A stretch of DNA of 23,810 nucleotides from an uncultured bacterium (GTDB lineage Bacteria > Hydrogenedentota > Hydrogenedentia > Hydrogenedentales > JAEUWI01): positions 1-23,810 of the forward strand of contig CAXBPH010000089.1 of NCBI GenBank assembly GCA_963977445.1, written 5' to 3'. The notes under the pieces are model-generated. The model was not told the DNA's origin. It worked only from the letters and a program-made list of their open reading frames with translations, and searched no databases. Position 1 is the stretch's first letter. Each line of letters begins with the position of its first letter. Shown in pieces: positions 18,251 to 23,810 of the stretch. Both the position numbers and the translations under genes were made by a program.

Positions 18251-19801
18251 TCACAGAATCCCGAGCTCCTTGAGGTGCTTCGCCATTTCCTTGCGCGTTT
18301 CGCCGAGTTTGGCTTCCAATTCGTCGATTTCTTGCTGCACGGCGGCAATATCGATCTCTTCCTCTTCCTCGAAAGTATCGACATAACGGGGGATATTCAG
18401 GTTGAAGTCGTTCTCTTCGATCTCCGCGAAGGTGGCCCGGTAGGCGTATTTATCCACCGTCTTTCGAGCCCGGTGGGTTTTCACGATCCGCGCGATATCC
18501 TCCTCCCGGAGGACATTCTGATTCTTGCTGTCCTGATACTCGCGGCTGGCATCGATGAAGAGCACGTCCTTCGATTTCCGTCCCTTGTCAAAGAGCAGGA
18601 TGGCCGTGGGGATTCCGGTGCCGAAGAAGAGGTTGGCGGGCAGCCCGATGACGGCATCCAGCAGGTTTTCTTCGATAAGGGCCTTTCGGATTTTGCCCTC
18701 GCTGCCGCCGCGAAACAGAACGCCGTGGGGCACGATGACCCCGACCTTGCCGGTATCGGCCTGGGCGATGTGGATCATGTGAAGGATGAAGGCGTAGTCC
18801 GCCTTGCTCTTCGGGGGCACGCCCCGCCGGTAGCGCTCATAGCGGTCGGCAGCGGCATTTTCCGCGCCCCACTTGTCCAGCGAGAAGGGGGGATTGGCCA
18901 CGACGATATCGAACTTCATGAGCCGGTCATCCTCCACCAGCTTGGGGTCCGTGAGGGTGTTGCAGCGCTCAACCCGTGCGCTATCGGTCTCGTGGAGGAA
19001 CATGTTCATCTTGCAGAGAGCCCACGTGGCGGCATTGGCCTCTTGACCGAAGAGCGCGTAGTTCTGCTGTCCGTTTTGCTTGGGAACCTGGCGACCGACC
19101 TTCAACATGAGAGAGCCGGAACCGCAGGCCGGGTCGCATATACGGGCACCAGCCTCGGGGCCGAGCAGCCGTGCGAGGAGCGCGGAGACCTGGGAGGGGG
19201 TGTAGAATTCTCCCGCCTTCTTGCCCGCGTTGGCCGCGAAATTGCCGATGAGGTATTCGTAGACATCGCCGATGATATCCCGGTCGTGCAGCTTCGAAGG
19301 GCGGAGGTCTAGCTTGGGGTGGTTGAAGTCGTCCAACACATGCTTCAGGCGGCGGTTACGCTCTTTCGCGTCACCGAGGTTGGCCTCGCTGTTGAAATCG
19401 ATATCGCGGAAGACGTTCTCCAGTTTGGCCTTGTTGGCATCTTCGATGGCAGCCAGGACGATGTTAATGAGCTCGCCTATATTGTCCGCGTTACGCCGTT
19501 CGTAGATATTGTCGAAGGTGGCCGGGAACGAGTCCACCACGGTGCCTTCCTCGTCCTTGAGCTCTACCGTGGGGACTACAAAACGCTCCCGCTCGAGTGC
19601 GCGGCGCACTCGTTCCGCGTTGCCCTTGTACTTGGCTTCATATTCCGCCTTGCGGTCTTCCCACACATCGCTCAGGTATTTCAGAAAGAGCATGGTGAGG
19701 ATGTAGTTCTTGTAATCGCTGGGGTCGATAGCGCCGCGAAAAGTGTCGCACGCCCGCCACACGATGTTCTGGATGTCTTTCACTACCTGCATGTCGGTCA
19801 T
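18251..19801 (-). CDS. hsdM: Type I R-M methyltransferase subunit M (N6-adenine)
   Basis: WRACDTFRG, GEFYTP, DPACGSG, VANPPF, VPHGVLFRG, NLNIPRYVDTF. True start is probably ATG 19801 (TAATG overlap with the upstream gene), giving 516 aa. Confidence 0.97.
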   Translation of the reverse strand: MTDMQVVKDIQNIVWRACDTFRGAIDPSDYKNYILTMLFLKYLSDVWEDRKAEYEAKYKGNAERVRRALERERFVVPTVELKDEEGTVVDSFPATFDNIYERRNADNIGELINIVLAAIEDANKAKLENVFRDIDFNSEANLGDAKERNRRLKHVLDDFNHPKLDLRPSKLHDRDIIGDVYEYLIGNFAANAGKKAGEFYTPSQVSALLARLLGPEAGARICDPACGSGSLMLKVGRQVPKQNGQQNYALFGQEANAATWALCKMNMFLHETDSARVERCNTLTDPKLVEDDRLMKFDIVVANPPFSLDKWGAENAAADRYERYRRGVPPKSKADYAFILHMIHIAQADTGKVGVIVPHGVLFRGGSEGKIRKALIEENLLDAVIGLPANLFFGTGIPTAILLFDKGRKSKDVLFIDASREYQDSKNQNVLREEDIARIVKTHRARKTVDKYAYRATFAEIEENDFNLNIPRYVDTFEEEEEIDIAAVQQEIDELEAKLGETRKEMAKHLKELGIL

Positions 19802-20406
19802 TACGCGTGATTCCTTGTCGAGATGGGGTGACCTTCGGCCACGTGCATACTGACACCGCTGAGCCATTGGGCTCGCTTTGTCAGGAGTTCCTGGGTTAAC
19901 GTCTGCTCCTGCCACTGGAGCCGGTCCAGGGAGACAATTTGCTGTTGCGCTTCCAAGGTGGGGACGGGTACCTGTAACGACTCGAATACGGGGCGGGTTA
20001 CCACCGTGATATTCCCGGCACCCTGGGCACCCTTCAATAAGTGGCTCTGGGCGGCGGGTTGGCGGATATACCACGTGAGGTACGCCGACAACACGCGACT
20101 GGTATCGATTTGCAGGATGTAGAAATGATTCGAGGCGAGGGTGTTCTCCGGCAATCCGGAAACGAGGCCCGCCTCATGGGTCACGCCACGAACCTGCAGG
20201 AGCACATCACCCTCTGAGACGGTATACTGATCCGTCGAACGATCCGGCGTGAATCCAGTCAGCGTTCCGGGGTCGATAGTGCCATCATCCCGCAGATTCC
20301 GCATCTGGATGAGCCTGTGGGTGCCGCAGGGGTCTTCTTTCACCGCCCCCCGTGCCTGATATCCCACCTGGATACTCTGGGCTATGTCTTGTAGTTTAAG
20401 CTTCAT
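19801..20406 (-). CDS. Short HsdS-like protein (single target-recognition domain)
   Basis: About 201 aa from ATG 20406 (RBS GAGG). GDVLL, YL.WY, LQVPVPTLEAQQQIV pattern of a TRD plus a conserved helix. Confidence 0.82.
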   Translation of the reverse strand: MKLKLQDIAQSIQVGYQARGAVKEDPCGTHRLIQMRNLRDDGTIDPGTLTGFTPDRSTDQYTVSEGDVLLQVRGVTHEAGLVSGLPENTLASNHFYILQIDTSRVLSAYLTWYIRQPAAQSHLLKGAQGAGNITVVTRPVFESLQVPVPTLEAQQQIVSLDRLQWQEQTLTQELLTKRAQWLSGVSMHVAEGHPISTRNHA

Positions 20407-20482
20407 GTAATCCTCATTACCGAGACGGAATAATACAATTATCTGAAGTTTGCGTGTTACCATGTCCGTGTAGAATGTCTTA

Positions 20483-20511
20483 AGTCTACCTTGATCCTTA
20501 GGACATGTCAA
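20483..20511 (-). promoter_or_regulatory. Sigma70-type promoter of the R-M/CBASS operon
   Basis: Minus strand TTGACA (20511-20506), 17 nt, TAGACT (20488-20483), 76 nt upstream of ATG 20406. Confidence 0.75.
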
Positions 20512-20923
20512 GTGGGTATCCGAAAAACTTCAATGTTTTATGATCGCTGCTAGTAAGCAATTGATTTGGCCGCAGCGTTAGCAGAAACTTGACTGGTCGC
20601 TTTCGATCAGGCGAAGGGTGCCAAGCCCCCGCTCGGATGAGTTGTTCTGCCGTTACACAATTTCCGTTGTTTTGCTAAGCTCTGCCCAAGATTCTTCCCC
20701 CCGATTTCAGGATGCTCCCTTCCTGGCCTCCCGATGGCCAGGAGCACGAAGGCGCTCGACAAAATACATTGGCTCTCGACCGCTTTCCCTTCTTGACACC
20801 GTATCGTGGAGTCTTTACTCCAACCTGGGTCATACGTATACCACCCAACCGTTCCAAATTCCGGAACAACGCGAGGAAAATCCGTGTAATCCCCTCGGCC
20901 AGGAATCGGTGCAGGAATCGGAA

Positions 20924-20947
20924 GAAAAACCGAATATTCGGTTTTTC
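20924..20947. promoter_or_regulatory. Perfect 24-bp palindrome GAAAAACCGAATATTCGGTTTTTC (copy 2 of the AAAAACCG-N6-CGGTTTTT site)
   Basis: Perfect self-complementarity. Preceded by tandem CAGGAATCGG x2 (20900, 20912). Confidence 0.6.
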
Positions 20948-21177
20948 CTGGGCGGCTCTGATGCTGGCAATTCGTGACACAACGAATGAAAAAATGGAGG
21001 TATTGGGCCAGCTGACGGGAGTTAAACCGGTCTCAAATCTGATTGTTTCCAGGGCATGGAACCTTTGGGGGGACCGGGGTATTAATACAAGCCGCATACG
21101 TGTGGACGGGACAATGGTCGAGCGCGATTGTGGTGTCCGAATGTTTTTGGGCGGCACCATTTTTAATGGCCCTCGAT

Positions 21178-21206
21178 TGGACTATTCCAATACTCTGTGG
21201 TAGACT
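21178..21206 (+). promoter_or_regulatory. Possible sigma70 promoter for the 21333 gene
   Basis: TGGACT, 17 nt, TAGACT, with an extended -10 TG, in an AT-rich stretch. Confidence 0.35.
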
Positions 21207-21332
21207 ATCTGTACCATAACTATAGTAGTACGTAAAATTAAAAAATACCGTCAGCAACGAAAGGAGGTACAGCCAGGCTGGCACCAAGTTAATCGATATT
21301 ACACATGAATTCTTAGAAAAGGAATGAGACAT

Positions 21333-22097
21333 ATGCAATCGCACTCATACAACAATCAAACTGTAAGCACGAGAACCTTTCAGGCTCGTGGAAAAAACTA
21401 TTTCAACATGTCCGATGGGCTTCAGGGTGTAGACCTTGAATTCGCGAAGACCAGATTGATCATCGGACGCTCTTTGAGCAGACTTACGTCTGCGTTACAA
21501 CGACATGGCTTGGACAACCAAGCTATGGGGACAGAAATCAAAAATCGGCTTCGAATTGAGCCGGGGGTCGCAGCCCAATGTGTGCGAGTATCCCGTGCCT
21601 ACCGACCCGACGAAAATGAAGCAGACGGATTCGAGTTCTACTACCTGATAGCGATACCGCATGAAGTACTACTCGAATTTCTTCAACACGTACTCCAGTA
21701 CTTCAAAGACCCTACCCAGGGGGTCGGCCCTAATATGTGGGTGTCCAAGAAGTCGATTGAGATCTACGTCGCATTGGAAACAGGCCCGCCTCAGTGGTGG
21801 GACCTGAAATTTTTGACTACGGAACAGGTCAAGGCACTTCCAGCGCTGGTATCTCAGACCGGACCTCCGCCACAGCAGCAGGCGTCCAATAACTATGGGC
21901 AATCGGGGTCGTCATACCAAGCGAGCCATGCACCCAATTTGGGACAGGAGAGGGATGATGGTATCGCCCCTCTTTCTGCTAGGGAGGAGCTCTCCATGGA
22001 CGACATCTTTGAACAAGATTACCGGGAAAGTTTACGTTCGACCCCTCAGAACCCCGACACTCAACCTGTTGGCAACCGCCCCGAATATAAGCTGTAA
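21333..22097 (+). CDS. Hypothetical protein with low-complexity Q/S/P-rich C-terminal tail
   Basis: About 254-aa ORF. RBS AAAGGA 9 nt before ATG 21333; followed by a clear terminator. Confidence 0.75.
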   Translation: MQSHSYNNQTVSTRTFQARGKNYFNMSDGLQGVDLEFAKTRLIIGRSLSRLTSALQRHGLDNQAMGTEIKNRLRIEPGVAAQCVRVSRAYRPDENEADGFEFYYLIAIPHEVLLEFLQHVLQYFKDPTQGVGPNMWVSKKSIEIYVALETGPPQWWDLKFLTTEQVKALPALVSQTGPPPQQQASNNYGQSGSSYQASHAPNLGQERDDGIAPLSAREELSMDDIFEQDYRESLRSTPQNPDTQPVGNRPEYKL

Positions 22098-22120
22098 CTT
22101 AAAACTGGCCTCATCGACTG

Positions 22121-22152
22121 GCCCCGGAGTTCTTATGCTCCGGGGCTTTTTT
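22121..22152 (+). terminator. Rho-independent terminator
   Basis: GCCCCGGAG-ttcttatg-CTCCGGGGC followed by T6. Confidence 0.88.
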
Positions 22153-22194
22153 CATGGCCCCGATTGGCGTGCTGAACAAGGCACAACCCAATGG

Positions 22195-22282
22195 TGTGAC
22201 GGTTGTGACACTCTGAAGGCTTAACCTCCTATTTACCAGGACGAATAAGGGTTCTTACTTTTACTCCGTCACCACAGTCACA
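22195..22282. repeat. 88-bp iteron-like element, copy B
   Basis: TGTGACG-gt-TGTGACA ... CGTCACC-ac-AGTCACA. Aligns without gaps to copy C (68/88) and to the reverse complement of copy A. Confidence 0.85.
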
Positions 22283-22399
22283 GTCCTTGGACTCGGTAAT
22301 TTCTCTGTCCCTCGGTCCTCATACGTGCCGAATGACGGAGGAAAGTAATGATACCTTGTCCGCTTCTCCCCCGTACCTTGGAATGACACCCACGCAATG

Positions 22400-22435
22400 A
22401 AAAACCGGAAGATTCGATACACGAATCTTCCGGTT
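22400..22435 (-). terminator. Rho-independent terminator for the 23194->22460 gene
   Basis: 14-bp perfect stem AACCGGAAGATTCG/CGAATCTTCCGGTT with a 5-nt loop, ending in a T run on the minus strand. Confidence 0.75.
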
Positions 22436-22459
22436 AGCGAGAGGTGAGTACGCCTTCGA

Positions 22460-23194
22460 CTAATTGTAATTTCGAAGAGCGGCTCCTCGGAGGCGTTTGA
22501 GCTCAGTTTCTGGTGCTTCATGCTCGGAAACGTCTTCAAAATAATGTACCTTCAGCTTCGTTTTGGGCAATGGAGCGAATCCGTTTGCTTCAGCTTCTTT
22601 CTCAGTAGAAAGTGCGCCTTCATCTCTGCGATTCCACAAGATGTCAACGAGGGGAACTATGCCATATTCTTTCAGCAAGCGGTCCTCGTCTTCCGGCAAG
22701 TATTCAATCGGAGCTTCGAGGAAGTTGAATGTTTTCGCGGTACACGATGTGACGTACCGGAGATCCATGGCGAATCTACCGATACCGTATGCGATGAACC
22801 ACACCTTGATAGATGTTGGAGAGCAATCGCAGCCGGGAAAACCCGACATCGGGCTGTGGACATAATATTGATGTGTGCGCCAGCTGAATGCCATGAAAAC
22901 AGGGAAGTGAATCTTCCTTACGTACTCCAAGGCGAATTTATCTTCTTCCGGCGGACCTTCTTCGGGCCAGTAGTCGATTAGTTGCGTGAGATTTTCCACG
23001 TTTTTTTGCCACGCACAGGGTTGTAGACAAAGATGATCGCTCTCATATGTACCATGTGCATAGCCTACCCCACTTCGAAAGTGTTCGAAATAGGATTGCG
23101 CGAGATTCAGGCCGTGCTCGGCGTCCCGCATGTAGAAATTGTTGCGTTTTTGATTCTCCAGAACAATCTGGACATTCGTAGTTGAACCGTGCAA
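22460..23194 (-). CDS. Hypothetical protein
   Basis: 244-aa ORF with TTG start preceded by AGGAAAGGA, and a downstream terminator. No family recognised. Confidence 0.7.
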   Translation of the reverse strand: MHGSTTNVQIVLENQKRNNFYMRDAEHGLNLAQSYFEHFRSGVGYAHGTYESDHLCLQPCAWQKNVENLTQLIDYWPEEGPPEEDKFALEYVRKIHFPVFMAFSWRTHQYYVHSPMSGFPGCDCSPTSIKVWFIAYGIGRFAMDLRYVTSCTAKTFNFLEAPIEYLPEDEDRLLKEYGIVPLVDILWNRRDEGALSTEKEAEANGFAPLPKTKLKVHYFEDVSEHEAPETELKRLRGAALRNYN

Positions 23195-23373
23195 ATTAAC
23201 TTTCCTTTCCTGCCCTCACTGGGGCAGTTACTATGTGCCGCCCTATGCGTCACTATTGGAACTGTACCACCACTTGTAAGAAAGCGCAACGACATCTAGC
23301 AAACTAGTACAAAAACAAAATATTCAACCCATCAGCATTGCGATAGCGTATTGGCGGGCAGAGAGAATCAAAA

Positions 23374-23425
23374 AAAACCGGGGCAATCCCCAGATTTTCC
23401 ACAAGTAACCAACCGTTGTTACCGG
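23374..23425 (+). repeat. ~52-bp imperfect direct repeat 1, containing DnaA-box-like TTTTCCACA
   Basis: AAAACC...TCCACAAGT....AACCGTT...ACCGG recurs 294 bp downstream. Confidence 0.6.
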
Positions 23426-23491
23426 CTCTTGCCGCCGATTCCGAGGCAATCTGCCACCAACGGGCGTACTGGACGAAACAAAACCCACTGG

Positions 23492-23579
23492 TGTGACGGT
23501 TGTGACGCTCTGAAAGCTTAACCCTCTATTTGTGCTCAGCAATAGGGGTATATACTTTTGCTCCGTCACCAGCGTCACG
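23492..23579. repeat. 88-bp iteron-like element, copy C
   Basis: TGTGACG-gt-TGTGACG ... CGTCACC-ag-CGTCACG. 68/88 identical to copy B and to reverse-complemented copy A (manual count). Confidence 0.85.
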
Positions 23580-23667
23580 GGGTATGTTTGTAATACCGAC
23601 GATCCCTCAATGGGCAAGAATCATCGTGCCTCATTGGCCTTCTCCCCCGAAAAACGCCCACAAAAAG

Positions 23668-23719
23668 AAAACCCAGGGTTATCCCGGGTTCTCCACAAGT
23701 TATTAACCGTTCTCACCGG
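23668..23719 (+). repeat. ~52-bp imperfect direct repeat 2, containing TTCTCCACA
   Basis: Gap-free partner of 23374-23425. Confidence 0.6.
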
Positions 23720-23810
23720 GATTTAGCACCGGCCCCAATAGATTCCCGTTCGATTACGGTTTCATACAGCTCCCGCAATACATTTACATCGTGGCAAGGC
23801 TGGATGCAGT

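Larger units (their letters stand above)
250..23719. mobile_element. Putative phage satellite / integrative element carrying an R-M + CBASS defence island (boundaries not visible)
   Basis: Primase-helicase, Xis-like and DUF669-like genes, with a shared 88-bp motif at both ends of the window. No integrase or att site was identified, so the extent is inferred. Confidence 0.55.

Noticed and set aside
18275..19312. 345-aa + strand ORF (and 19319-19810)
   Set aside because: Antisense shadows of hsdM.
19802..20074. 91-aa N-terminal extension of HsdM in the ORF track
   Set aside because: Overlaps the HsdS-like gene in another frame; HsdM similarity starts at ATG 19801.
20618..21203. ORFs 20618-20977, 20675-21160 and 20712-21203
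   Set aside because: Overlapping, no RBS or recognisable motifs, and they span the palindrome. Treated as non-coding, though a small gene cannot be excluded.
22195..23579. 88-bp elements as integron attC sites or IS ends
   Set aside because: They lack RYYYAAC/GTTRRRY ends, and no integron integrase or transposase or target duplication was seen.

Overview
This window is an accessory (mobile) region with three parts. (1) A phage-satellite/PICI-like replication module on the + strand (250-3880): a Prim-Pol + D5/SF3 primase-helicase, an iteron-like origin directly after its stop codon, an excisionase-type HTH gene and a DUF669-like gene. No integrase or virion genes are visible in the window. 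(2) A roughly 14-kb, 13-gene defence operon on the - strand (20406->6423) behind a near-consensus sigma70 promoter. It is a type I restriction-modification locus (small hsdS-like, hsdM, hsdS, hsdR, M48 peptidase) with extra genes nested inside. Between hsdM and hsdS are a truncated rhuM, a complete E2-only 'short type II' CBASS (HNH-SAVED, CD-NTase ending in ...HRFYGQ, E2-like protein) and an unknown 201-aa gene. Between hsdS and hsdR are a TIGR04141/DUF6119-type putative nuclease, DUF2513 and dinD. (3) Several orphan genes. The most striking unexplained non-coding structure is an 88-bp element: two TGTGACG heptamers, a 56-bp core with a hypervariable 9-bp centre, then two inverted heptamers. 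It occurs in three gap-free copies (2631, 22195, 23492) plus a half copy (2527) that breaks exactly at the variable centre. A second dispersed 22-bp palindrome (AAAAACCG-N6-CGGTTTTT) occurs at 5278 and 20925 and brackets the defence cargo. All family calls come from motif recognition by eye; no database searches were run.
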